From positions 800,001 to 864,000 of the forward strand of contig OZ244561.1 of assembly GCA_965217585.1 (NCBI GenBank): DNA of 64,000 bases, given 5' to 3'. Below are positions 10,673-20,615 of this stretch, piece by piece. Numbering within the stretch: the first letter of the stretch is position 1; each line of letters begins with the position of its first letter. The notes under the pieces were generated by a model, which worked only from the letters and a program-made list of their open reading frames with translations, made no database searches and was not told the DNA's origin. This DNA is from Candidatus Latescibacterota bacterium (GTDB lineage: Bacteria > Latescibacterota > UBA2968 > UBA8231). Position numbers and translations under genes: made by a program.

Positions 10673-12837
10673 CTATTCGAGTTTGACCATCTTGCGGGTA
10701 CGCGTCTGCTCGTCCACCTGCACCCGATACAAATAGACTCCGTCGGCGACGGATTGGCCCTGCGCGTCCCGGCCATCCCATGTCAACCGATGCGAGCCGG
10801 CCGCCAGCGGACCCGCCCACACGTGGCGCACCGGCTGCCCTAAGATGTTATAGATGGTTAAGTCCACATCCCCGGCTCCGGCAGGTACGGTAAGGGGGAT
10901 GGTTGTGGCGGGATTGAACGGATTAGGATAGTTAGCACCCAAAGCAAAGGCCATTGGCGTTGCCGCCGTCTCGGCCGCGATAGCGGTGGCTGGAACGCCT
11001 TGGTTGAGGAAGACGAAGGCCCCGCCGGGACCGCCTTCCACACTCCGCCCCAGCACCACCAGATCGGTCGCCCCATCGCCGTTTACATCGCCGGCGAGCA
11101 CTTGGCTACCAATGCCCGGCAGGGGGTAGCGCCCTTCGACGACGGGCACCCCATCGCGCTGGCCGACCAGCACCACCAGCGCCGACCCGGTGGCCACGTT
11201 GACATCGACCACGGCCAGGTCCAACAGGCCATCGCCGGTCAGGTCACTGGCAAGGACCCCACCCTCATCCGACACGAGCACCTGCGGCCCGAGCAGGGTG
11301 TGGCGTTCCACCCCGCCCGAGGCGTCCACACGCCACAGCGCCAAACCGTGGTGGGTGGTGGCACCAAAAAAGTCGAAGTATAGATTCCGCTCAGGGGTCC
11401 CGACGAACTCCACCGCCCCATCGCCATCCAGATCGGTGAGTAGGTACAGGTCACAGGGATTGACCGCGGCCTCAAAAAACAGCGGTGGCTGCTGGCTGGC
11501 CGCCCACGGCTGGGTCAGTTGCCAAGGCCCCGTGGGCTTGTAGCACACTCGGTTCCACAACAGGCGCACGGCCTCGCCCAACGGTTGCCCAGCGAGCAGA
11601 AAAGGATTGAGCTCCTCTTCGCTGTCGAGGGCGAACCAATCACTGTGGGCAAAACCGGCCGCGCCGTCATTGATCCACAGAGTCACGTTGGACCACGTGT
11701 CGCCTTCTATGACCAACAGGTCCACATCGCCGTCGCCATCGCCATCGGCTAGGCCAAGGGAAAAGACGTCGGATAGCTGGAGGATGGTTTCAAAGCCATT
11801 CTCGCCCCGGTTGAGCCACAATTCGAGGGTCAGACCTTCCCGAAAGGCCAAATCGAGCAGCCCATCCCCGTCGAAATCGCCCCCTGCAATCTCCATGATA
11901 GGCGCGAACTCGCCTTGGCTTGGGCGGAGAACCTCTCGGGTGGGGACCAAGCCGCCCAAACCGTCGCTGGTCGCTACCGTCCAGCCCGCTTGGGCCGTCA
12001 TCGTACTCGTCTCTGGGACACCGTGTAGTGTGTCCAGACCACTACCAGATCGGCATCGCCATCGCCGTCCACATCGCCCAAAGTACCTTGCGATAGTGGG
12101 CCACCGATACCTTGGCCCAGCACAGAAAAGCGCGGTTCGGCGAACAACGCGCCGGGCGACCCGGCCTCCACGGCGATCTCCCGGGGCGGCAATTCCCCCA
12201 GCACCAGCTCTTCGGCCCCCGTCAGTTGAATCCAGTCCACTTCGACAAAGGCTGGATGATCGGCCGGGCCCTGTGGGTCGATGTTTAAGTTTAGGTCTAG
12301 TTGCAAGTGGAAGAGGGTGTCCTGCCAAGTGATCGCGAGCCACTCTTCTTCTGGGTTCGCTTCCGCCGCGGCCTCCAAGGCGCGTATGTCTATGGTGACG
12401 TTTTCCCATTCCGTGGGATAGAGTTGATAACGGCCCGTATAAAACCCCGCCCGGCTGTCCATTCCGCGGTCGCCTGCTTCCTTCCTGAGGTGTCTGGACT
12501 CGACATTGGACCAGTCCATCAGGAGGTTCCCCTCGGTGGGGCGATCGTGTACGATGCGTAGCCGTAGGGTGACCCGGTCGAACAGGGCGGAGTCTTCCCC
12601 AATCAGCGGCGAGAGCAAGCGAATGGCTGGTCGTTGACCGACCGGCACCGGCGCAATGCGCCAGACGCCGTCTTCGACTTCGCTGTACACCGTGGTGGGA
12701 CTAACTCCACCGTTATTGCCTAAGTAGCTCTCGTGGGCCGTCCAGCCCCAAGTGGTGCCCTCGTCAAAATCCCACGTTAAGGCAAAGGCGCTAGGTGGAG
12801 CCGCCAATAACAAAATTGCTAAGAGAACACAGTGCAT
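10673..12837 (-). pseudogene. Frameshifted FG-GAP + FlgD-Ig paralog, copy C
   Basis: ORF 11998..12837 holds the N-terminal part up to GDVDGDGDADLVVVW. ORF 10673..12409 matches the paralogs from AGWTVATSDG onward. One frameshift near 12005-12035 (real or a sequencing error). Confidence 0.85.
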
Positions 12838-12897
12838 TGTTTGCCTCCAGAGTTTGTGGTCGTGCGGTTTAGCTGCCTCATCTCCAAGCCCTATCGC
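12838..12897 (-). repeat. Conserved 60-bp inter-unit spacer carrying the RBS (copy 3)
   Basis: tgtttgcctccagagtttgtggtcgtgcggtttagctgcctcatctccaagccctatcgc. Near-identical at 15102..15161 and 17247..17306; diverged or partial at 4794..4849, 6983..7019 and 19413..19445. Confidence 0.9.
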
Positions 12898-12931
12898 CTA
12901 TTCGAGTTTGACCATCTTGCGGGTGCGCGTC
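12898..12931 (-). pseudogene. Orphan 3' tail of an FG-GAP/FlgD gene (TRTRKMVKLE-stop)
   Basis: Reverse complement reads ACG CGC ACC CGC AAG ATG GTC AAA CTC GAA TAG, matching the gene ends at 8423 and 10673. No FlgD gene body lies upstream of it. Confidence 0.9.
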
Positions 12932-12968
12932 GTGCTTAATTAAACCGTATTGATCTTAAAACGGCTTC

Positions 12969-15101
12969 TCACAAGCTCGCCTCAATCGCCGCTACCGTCG
13001 CGTCTGTATTCCCCCTTAAGCCAGAATCCTCCACGATCAGCCCTTGTGAGTCCACCAAGTAATACGAAGGAATGCCCATCACTTGGTAGGACTTGGCCAC
13101 GTCCGCACCCCAGCCGTCCCCCCGCACGTGGACGCCTTTGATCTCGTGTTTGTCAATCGCCTCTCGCCAAGCAGCCTCATCCGCGTCCAGCGATATGTTG
13201 AGGAAGACGACCGGCCAGCCAGACGTCTTTTCCTTGACTTCTCGGAGATAGGGTAGGTCGCCGATACACGGGACACACCAACTCGCCCAGAAGTCGAGCA
13301 GAACCACCTGCCCCTTGAACTGGCTCAGCGATACCGGCTGACCGTCGAGGTCGTCGAGGGTAAAGTCGGGGGCGGCTTGTCCGGGTTGTAGCTTCATGGC
13401 GGTAGCCAGAGCCACTAGGACGGCCTCATTGTATTCCGGATACGGGTTGATCTGTTGGAACTCTTCCCACTTGCGCTGGGCCGCCGCAAAGCCTTCACTG
13501 CCACCGCGCTTGAGCGTATTGATCAGCTCTCCGGCTAAAAACCAGTAGAGCACTCTCCCCTCCAGTTTTTCTTTGGCCAAGTTGTATTTAGACCCAAACC
13601 AGTGTCCTTTTTCGGCATAGATCGAATCGAGTTGCGCTTGGGCGGCTTCCGATAGTCCCAAGCCCGATAGATCAATCTTCGCCGACAGCCCGAGCGGTTG
13701 GCGATGTTCGTACATCGAGTCGAGCTGGGCCTGAGCGGCTTCCGACAGCCCCAAGCCCGATAAATCGAGCTTTGCAGACAGCTTGAGTGGCTCTTTGGTT
13801 AGGGAATTCCACGGTACTGAGAAAGGCTTATGGAACACCACCTCTCCGTCCGTCGTATCCGCCCTAGGCTTCTCTTCCTCACTTGGGTAGACGTTGAGAG
13901 CCCTAGCGGACTTTTCGTACAGAGAGTCGAGTTGCGCGTGGGCACTTTCCGAAACACCAAACGCCGATAAATCGTACAGTTCGGACAGCTTGAGCCAGCG
14001 GCCATCCCTTTCGTACAGAGAATCGAGTTGCACTTGGGCACTCGCTGAAACACCAACCACGGACAAATTGACCATTTTCGACAGCACGGGCTGTCGGCCG
14101 TCCTTTTCGTACAGGGAGTCGAGTTGCGCTTGGATCTCCTCCGACAACTCCAAACCCGATAGATCGTACCGCTTGGATAGCTTGGGGGGGCTCCATTCGA
14201 ACTCGTTATGGTCTTCCTAGCCCAAGGTCCTCTCCACAAACTCGCGATAATGCCAGACGCCTATGGCCTTTTCGTCCACTAGGGGGAATTCCTGCAGGAA
14301 GTCGTAGTACTCTGGGGTGATGTCTCTGTTCTTGCGTTTGTTGGCAAAGCGGTAAGCCGTCGAGTAAGACATCATCTCATTGACCCACATATAGTTGACG
14401 TAGTTTGTCACATAGTCGATGCACCCTAAAGACAGCGCATATCGCTCGCGCCCTGCGGCCAAGAACTCGAACTGATCTCGCCGCTGCTGTTCCATGCGGC
14501 GCGAAAACTCTTCCAACTCCAGACCCTCGTAATCGAGGTGGAAGAATTGGAAGCGCGGAAACCACTCGGAAGTGAAGCGGCTGTTGTCTGCGTTGGAGCC
14601 GCTGAACGAATAGGAAGGAACGAAAAAGCCCTCCTCCACGGCCACGTGCAGACTGTCGCCGGGTTCGACGAAGAGAGTCAGGAATTTGCGCTCGAAAAGG
14701 AACGATCCTAACCACTGTACCCATTTCCATCTCGGCTGCCCGCCTTCGAAATACCCCCAGACGAGGGTCCCTCGGACGACAGGCAGCTCAAGGGCGAAGC
14801 GATCCAAGCTGTCGAGCGCGACGCGCTGCTCGGGGCTTTCCAGCGCCGACAGCGATTCGTACCTAAATGTGATTTCCCGCGAGCGAGGATCCCGGACTTC
14901 GCCGGTGATGATCACAACCGATGGCTGGCTCTGAGTACTATCTGCGTCCAAACGAGGACTCGCTACCATGCTTTCGCTGCTCACCATGGTAGCCGTTGCG
15001 GAACTCTCCTGTGCCGCCCAGCCCTCGGCGAAATCCCACGTTAAGTCAGAGACTCCGTGTGGAGCCGCCACCAACAACATTGCAAAGAGAACGCGGCGCA
15101 T
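12969..15101 (-). pseudogene. TlpA/ResA-like redoxin with array-derived leader and internal helical repeats, split by one in-frame TAG
   Basis: ORFs 14217..15101 and 12969..14153 share a frame, with TAG at 14217-14219 and an open frame on both sides. C-terminal APDFTL..VLLDFWASWCVPC..GIPSYYLVD is a thioredoxin fold with CxxC. Confidence 0.8.
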
Positions 15102-15161
15102 AATACACCTCCAGAGTTTGTGGTCGTGTGGTTTAGATCCCTCATCTCCAAGCCCTATCGT
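15102..15161 (-). repeat. Conserved 60-bp inter-unit spacer (copy 2)
   Basis: aatacacctccagagtttgtggtcgtgtggtttagatccctcatctccaagccctatcgt. Confidence 0.9.
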
Positions 15162-17246
15162 CTATTCGATTTTGACCATCTTGCGGGTACGCGTCTGATC
15201 ATCCACCTGCAACCGATACACATAGACCCCAGTGGCGACGGGTTGACCCTGCGCATCCCGGCCATCCCAAGTCAGCCGATGCTCGCCAGCGGGCAGCGGC
15301 CCCGTCCACACCTGGCGCATCGGCTGCCCCAGGACATTGTAGATGGTTAAGTCCACGTTCCTCGCTCCGGCGGGTACGACCAAGGGGATGGTCGTGGTGG
15401 GATTGAACGGATTGGGATAGTTGGCACCTAAAGCAAAGGCTGTTGGCGTGGCCGCCTCGGCCGCTATTGCTGTGGCCGGAGTGCCTTGGTTGGTCAAGAC
15501 GAAGACGCCGCCTTGGCCGCTGGCCGGATTCGTTCCCAGCACGACCAGATCGATGTCGCCATCGCCGGTGACATCGCCGGTGAGGACCTGATTGCCCTCG
15601 CCGGGCAGGGGGTAGTAGCCTTCGAAGACGGGTGCGCCGTCGCGCTGGCCGAGCCACACCAATAGAGCCGGACGACCGATGCTCAAGTTGCCAGCGACCA
15701 TAGCCACATCCAGCACGCCATCGCCGTTGAGGTCGCTGGCCGTGGCTGCGTGCGCCGGGAGCACCTTCCAATCGAGCAAGGAATGGCGTGCCACCACGCC
15801 GGAGGCGTCCAGACGCCACAGGGACAAGCCGTAGTAGTGGTTGCCGAAGAAGAAAAAACCTTTGGGGGAGTCGAGTAGGTCCACCATCCCATTGCCGTCG
15901 AGATCAGCCATCAGGTGCAGGGCGGAGGGATTGACCGCGGCCTCGAAAGAGCGCGGTGGTTCTGGGATGGCGGCCCACGGTCGGGTCAGTTGCCAAGGCC
16001 CCTGGGCCTGGTACCACAACAGGCTCGCAGCTTCGCCGAGGGGTTGCCCGGCGGGTAGGTAGGCAGGGAAATGCTCTCCGCTGTCGAGGATGAATTCCTC
16101 GCCGCGGACAAAGTCGTAGCCGTCGTTGATCCATAGAACCACTTTTCGGGACAACGCGTCGTACTCCCCGACCAACAGGTCCGTATCGCCGTCGCCGTCG
16201 CCATCGGCCAAGCCAACGAGCCAGACATCGAACAGTTGCAGGGAGGGTTCAAAGCCGTCGCCCCAGTTGTACCACACTTCGACGATTCCGTTCTCGTCAA
16301 CGACCAGATCTAGGAGTCCATCGTCGTCGAAGTCGTTTCCCCAGAGGTCCATGATTGGAAAGGAGTCAAAGGATGCGGTGGTTGAGAGAGTGACCTCTTG
16401 GGTGGGTTCAAAGCCGCCTAGCCCGTCGTTGGACGCCACCGTCCAGCCTAGTTGTCTTTCGCGGTCCACGAGGCGGTTCCAAGCCACCACGAGATCCGCA
16501 TCGCCATCGCCGTCTACGTCGCCCACCGCGCCTTGCGATGCTCGCCAATAGATTGGGGTGCCGATGCCCTTTCCAAGCGGAAAAAAGTCGGGGGCGGCGA
16601 ACAGCGTGCCGGGCGGCTCCAACTCCACACCGATATCCCTAGGCACCAATTCCCCCTGCGCCAACTCTTCGGCTCCTGTGAGCTGGATCCAGTCTATTTC
16701 TAGAAACTTTGGGTGGTTGTCCACGTCCTGCGAGTCCCGATATAACAGCATGTCTATAAAAAAATTAAAAAGAGTATCCTGCCAGGTGATCGCCCATTCT
16801 GTGTCTGCTTCTGCCAAGGCGCGTAGATCTACGGTGATGTCTTCCCATTCGATGGGATACGATTGCTCACGTCCCGTACTAAACACTCCTTTTGTGTCAG
16901 AGTCAGGGTGGCTCACGGCATTGGACCAAATCATCGAGAATTGTTCCTCAGTGGGGCTATGGTGTATGAGGCGCAGCCGTAGGGTGAGGCGGTCGAACAG
17001 GGCCGAGTCTTGCCCGATCAACGGTGAGCGCAATTGAACAGTGGGTCTGCGACCAGGCACGGGCGCAATGCGCCAGACGCCATCGACGACTTCGCTCTGT
17101 AGTGGTTCGAGACTGCCTCTTGTATTGCTATGAAAACCTTCCCGGGCGGTCCAGCCCCAAGTGGAGCCGTCGGCGAAATCCCACGTTAAGGCAAAGGCCC
17201 CGTGTGGAGCCGCCACCAGCAACATTGCAAAGAGAACGCGGCGCAT
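15162..17246 (-). CDS. Secreted FG-GAP + FlgD-Ig protein, copy B
   Basis: Same architecture. Long blocks are near-identical to copy A. Confidence 0.92.
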   Translation of the reverse strand: MRRVLFAMLLVAAPHGAFALTWDFADGSTWGWTAREGFHSNTRGSLEPLQSEVVDGVWRIAPVPGRRPTVQLRSPLIGQDSALFDRLTLRLRLIHHSPTEEQFSMIWSNAVSHPDSDTKGVFSTGREQSYPIEWEDITVDLRALAEADTEWAITWQDTLFNFFIDMLLYRDSQDVDNHPKFLEIDWIQLTGAEELAQGELVPRDIGVELEPPGTLFAAPDFFPLGKGIGTPIYWRASQGAVGDVDGDGDADLVVAWNRLVDRERQLGWTVASNDGLGGFEPTQEVTLSTTASFDSFPIMDLWGNDFDDDGLLDLVVDENGIVEVWYNWGDGFEPSLQLFDVWLVGLADGDGDGDTDLLVGEYDALSRKVVLWINDGYDFVRGEEFILDSGEHFPAYLPAGQPLGEAASLLWYQAQGPWQLTRPWAAIPEPPRSFEAAVNPSALHLMADLDGNGMVDLLDSPKGFFFFGNHYYGLSLWRLDASGVVARHSLLDWKVLPAHAATASDLNGDGVLDVAMVAGNLSIGRPALLVWLGQRDGAPVFEGYYPLPGEGNQVLTGDVTGDGDIDLVVLGTNPASGQGGVFVLTNQGTPATAIAAEAATPTAFALGANYPNPFNPTTTIPLVVPAGARNVDLTIYNVLGQPMRQVWTGPLPAGEHRLTWDGRDAQGQPVATGVYVYRLQVDDQTRTRKMVKIE

Positions 17247-17306
17247 TGTTTACCTCCAGAGTTTGTAGTCGTGCGGTTTAGCTCCCCCACCTCCAAGCCC
17301 TATCGT
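17247..17306 (-). repeat. Conserved 60-bp inter-unit spacer (copy 1)
   Basis: tgtttacctccagagtttgtagtcgtgcggtttagctcccccacctccaagccctatcgt. Confidence 0.9.
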
Positions 17307-19412
17307 CTATTCGATTTTGACCATCTTGCGGGTGCGCGTCTGGTCGCCCACCTGCAACCGATACACATAGACCCCAGCGGCAACAGGTTGACCCTGCGCA
17401 TCCCGGCCATCCCAAGTCAGCCGATGCTCGCCAGCCGGCAGCGGCCCCGTCCACACTCGGCGCATCGGCTGCCCCAGGACATTGTAGATGGTTAAGTCCA
17501 CGTTTTTGGCTCCGGCGGGCACGGCCAAGGGGATGGTCGTGGCGGGATTGAACGGATTGGGATAGTTGGCTCCGAGGGCAAAGGTCGTGGGCGTGGCCGT
17601 CTCGACCGTCACGGCTGTGGCCGGGGTGCCTTGGTTGATCAAGACGAAGACGCCACCGAGGCCGCTGGCCGGATTCGTTCCCAGCACGACCAGATCGGTG
17701 TTGCCATCGCCGTTGACATCGCCGGTGAGCACCTGATTGCCCTCGCCTGACAGGGGGTAGTAGCCTTCGAGGACGGGTGCGCCGTTGCGCTGGCCGAGCC
17801 ACACCAATAGAGCCGGACGACCGATGCTCAAGTTGCCAGCGACCATAGCCACATCGAGCACGCCATCACCGTTGAGGTCGCTGGCGGTGGCTTCGTGCGC
17901 TATGAACGCCTTCCAGTCGAGCAAGGAATGGCGTGCCAACACGCCCGAGGCGTCCAGACGCCACAGAGCCAAGCCGTAGTAGTCGGTTTCACCGAACCTA
18001 TCTATGCTCTCAGGGGAGCCGAGTAGGTCCACCATCCCATTGCCGTCGAGATCAGCCAGTAGGTGCAGGGCATAGGGATTGACCCCGGCTTCGAAAGAGC
18101 GCGGTGGTTCTTGGCTGGCGGCCCACGGCCGGGTCAGTTGCCAAAAGTCTTGAGGCTCAAAGCAGCCCCCATTCCACAACAGGCTGGCGGCTTCGCCCAA
18201 GGGTTGGCCGTCGGGCAGATAGGGGCACAGCTTCTCTCTGTCGGGGGAGAATGTATCACTGCTGACAAAATCGTAGCCGTCGTTGCTCCACAAGGTCGCG
18301 TAATACGATTCGCCGTCATACCCCCCGACTAACAGGTCCACATCGCCGTCGCCGTCGCCATCGACCAAGCCAATGGGCCAGACGTCGAACAGTTGCAGAG
18401 CGGGATCAAAGCCGTCGCCCCAGTTGTACCACACTTCGACGATTCCTCTTTCGGCAACGACCAGATCTAGGAGTCCATCGCCGTCGAAGTCGCTTCCCCA
18501 GAGGTCCATGATTGGAAAGGAGTCAAAGGATGCGGTGGTTGAGAGAGTGACCTCTTGGGTGGGTTCAAAGCCGCCTAGCCCGTCGTTGGATGCCACCGTC
18601 CAGCCCAGTTGGCTTTCGCGGTCCACGAGGCGGTCCCAGAGCACCACGAGATCCGCATCGCCATCGCCGTCTACGTCGCCCACCGCACCTTGCGATGCTC
18701 GCCGATAGCTTGGGGTGCCGATGCCCTTTCCGAGCGGAAAAAAGTCGGGGGCGGCGAACAGCGTGCCGGGCGGCTCCAACTCCACACCGATATCCCTAGG
18801 CGACAATTCCCCCTGCGCCAACTCTTCGGCCCCGGTCAGCTGGATCCAGTCTATTTCTAAAAACTTTGGATGGTTATCCACGTCCTGCGAGTCCCGATAT
18901 AACACCATCTCTATATCAAAATTGAAGAGAGTATCCTGCCAGGTGATCTCCCATTCTGTGTCTGCTTCTGCCAAGGCGCGTAGATCTATGGTGATTTCTT
19001 CCCATTCGAGGGGATAGGATTGCCGACGTCCCGTACCAAATACTCTTTTTGTGCCAGAGACAGGGCGGCGTCTTTTCTCGGCATTGGACCAGTTCATCAC
19101 GAATAGTTCCTCGGTGGGGCTATGGTGTATGAGGCGTAGCCGTAGGGTGAGGCGGTCGAACAGGGCCGAGTCTTCCCCGATCAACGGTGAGCGCAATCGA
19201 ACGGTGGGCCTTCGACCGGGCACGGGTGCAATGCGCCAGACGCCATCGACGACTTCGCTCTGTAGTGGGTCTCTATTAATAAAAGTTACATTGCTATGAC
19301 CACTTTCCCGGGCGGTCCAGCCCCAGGTAGAGCCATCGTCGAAATCCCACGTTAGAGCAAAAGCCCCGTGTGGAGCCGCCAAGAAGCCAATAGTGAATAG
19401 CAAGTGGCGCAT
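17307..19412 (-). CDS. Secreted FG-GAP + FlgD-Ig protein, copy A
   Basis: Signal peptide, ALTWDF, FG-GAP motifs and FlgD tail ending RKMVKIE. GGAGG RBS. Confidence 0.92.
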   Translation of the reverse strand: MRHLLFTIGFLAAPHGAFALTWDFDDGSTWGWTARESGHSNVTFINRDPLQSEVVDGVWRIAPVPGRRPTVRLRSPLIGEDSALFDRLTLRLRLIHHSPTEELFVMNWSNAEKRRRPVSGTKRVFGTGRRQSYPLEWEEITIDLRALAEADTEWEITWQDTLFNFDIEMVLYRDSQDVDNHPKFLEIDWIQLTGAEELAQGELSPRDIGVELEPPGTLFAAPDFFPLGKGIGTPSYRRASQGAVGDVDGDGDADLVVLWDRLVDRESQLGWTVASNDGLGGFEPTQEVTLSTTASFDSFPIMDLWGSDFDGDGLLDLVVAERGIVEVWYNWGDGFDPALQLFDVWPIGLVDGDGDGDVDLLVGGYDGESYYATLWSNDGYDFVSSDTFSPDREKLCPYLPDGQPLGEAASLLWNGGCFEPQDFWQLTRPWAASQEPPRSFEAGVNPYALHLLADLDGNGMVDLLGSPESIDRFGETDYYGLALWRLDASGVLARHSLLDWKAFIAHEATASDLNGDGVLDVAMVAGNLSIGRPALLVWLGQRNGAPVLEGYYPLSGEGNQVLTGDVNGDGNTDLVVLGTNPASGLGGVFVLINQGTPATAVTVETATPTTFALGANYPNPFNPATTIPLAVPAGAKNVDLTIYNVLGQPMRRVWTGPLPAGEHRLTWDGRDAQGQPVAAGVYVYRLQVGDQTRTRKMVKIE

Positions 19413-19521
19413 GGTACCTCCAGAGTCGAAGAGTGTGCGTTTAGCCGGTCCCCAACGCGGCTCTATGTGGCCGCTGGAGGACGTGACGAATTAATTAGTG
19501 GACCGGATAAGACAGGGTTGG

Positions 19522-19551
19522 CGTAGGGGCGGTCCTCAAGCCGCCCCTACG
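19522..19551. repeat. GTAG-type REP-like hairpin
   Basis: cgtaggggcgg-tcctcaag-ccgcccctacg, a perfect 11-bp stem just downstream of the TolB-like gene. Confidence 0.7.
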
Positions 19552-19563
19552 GACGAGACGCGA

Positions 19564-20436
19564 TTAACGGGTACCCTCTGAACGCAGCGCTTTGATCCGT
19601 CCCCACGACTGGGCTTCGACACTAGTAGCAGCAGGAAGCACCGGTCGCCAAGCAGGAGAGTGTCCACCTAAGCCGTTGGTCAGGTCGACCCAGTTGTCCC
19701 CGTCTGTATCAGCGGCCCAAATCTCAAACTGACCCATGAAATCGAGAAAACCAGAGAAGGCTATTCTCATGCCATCGGGCGACCAAGTAGGAAACGTTCG
19801 CCAATTTTCGTAGGGTTCGGTGTATATCAGTTTATTCTGGAGTGATTCAGGTAGGAGATAACCTGGGTGCATGTGATCACTGGCACTGGTGCGGATGTAG
19901 AAATTGACATGCTTATGGCCCCCTCCATCCCACAACGAGACGGTTGCTAGTAGGGTTCCGTCTGGAGAAACACCAGGGAGGAAGCGGCTATATACCTCTC
20001 TCCAGTCCACAGGCGACGCGCCACTGCCGTCCAGCGCCGTAACAAACGCATCAGGGCCGTCCCACTCGTCTGGAATCGGCAAAGTCATGACGGCGATATA
20101 GTAAATGTTACTCCCGTCTTCAGACCAAAAAAGCCTCGCTTTATCGACTGCATCGTCTGTCACCTGTTGCGGATTACTGCCGTCGGCATTCATCAACCAG
20201 ATTTCACCACTGGCAATATAGGCGATCTGCGTGCCATCTGGAGACCAAGCCGGGCTAGCGCACTCCCGGCCTTGGGTTAGGTTTATGGGATCGCTCCCAT
20301 CCGCATTCATAATCCACACGTCACCGTACCCCTCGCGGTCGGATATAAATGCGATTTTACCGCCGACTTGCCCCCAGCTAGCCACGGCCAGCCCCAGCGT
20401 TGCCAAGCAGACGATCAGTATCGACCGATAGTTCAT
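19564..20436 (-). CDS. Secreted TolB-like/PD40 beta-propeller protein with C-terminal SWGRIK tail
   Basis: Signal peptide MNYRSILIVCLATLGLAVASWG; KIAFISDR, PAWSPDG and PTWSPDG motifs; ends ATSVEAQSWGRIKA. Start placed at the AAAGGAG-preceded ATG 20436. Confidence 0.85.
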   Translation of the reverse strand: MNYRSILIVCLATLGLAVASWGQVGGKIAFISDREGYGDVWIMNADGSDPINLTQGRECASPAWSPDGTQIAYIASGEIWLMNADGSNPQQVTDDAVDKARLFWSEDGSNIYYIAVMTLPIPDEWDGPDAFVTALDGSGASPVDWREVYSRFLPGVSPDGTLLATVSLWDGGGHKHVNFYIRTSASDHMHPGYLLPESLQNKLIYTEPYENWRTFPTWSPDGMRIAFSGFLDFMGQFEIWAADTDGDNWVDLTNGLGGHSPAWRPVLPAATSVEAQSWGRIKALRSEGTR

Positions 20437-20510
20437 AACGCATCTCCTTTCAGATGGATGGATTGAGTAAGAAGAGTTCATACACGCATCTCCTTTCAGA
20501 TGGATGGATG
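20431..20510 (-). repeat. Tandem duplication of RBS + start codon, ATGs 45 bp apart
   Basis: atccatccatctgaaaggagatgcg-t(g)t-ATGAAC occurs twice on the minus strand. The ATGs at 20481 and 20436 are in frame. Confidence 0.85.
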
Positions 20511-20599
20511 GAATATTTGCCCCAAGAGTTGGGGGGTGGCTGCGAGATGATCTGTTGGCGTCGCCTGCACGCTTGGCAACAAGCATCAATTCTATATAT

Positions 20600-20615
20600 A
20601 GCATACTTCGTGCCA
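20600..20615 (-). promoter_or_regulatory. sigma54 (-24/-12) promoter
   Basis: Minus strand TGGCACGAAGTATGCT: TGGCAC box with exact GG-N10-GC spacing, ~240 bp downstream of a sigma54 activator gene and oriented into the array. Confidence 0.85.

Noticed and set aside
11998-12040. Programmed frameshift or phase-variable tract in copy C
   Set aside because: No slippery heptamer or long homopolymer at the junction; a simple indel or sequencing error is more likely.
12838-17306. 60-bp spacers as integron attC sites
   Set aside because: No RYYYAAC..GTTRRRY pair with an extended internal palindrome, and no integrase. Homology extends into the coding ends, which fits tandem-duplication borders.
15162-19412. 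Diversity-generating retroelement (TR/VR) as the source of paralog variation
   Set aside because: The A/B loop differences I compared include indels and non-adenine changes, and there is no reverse transcriptase in the window.
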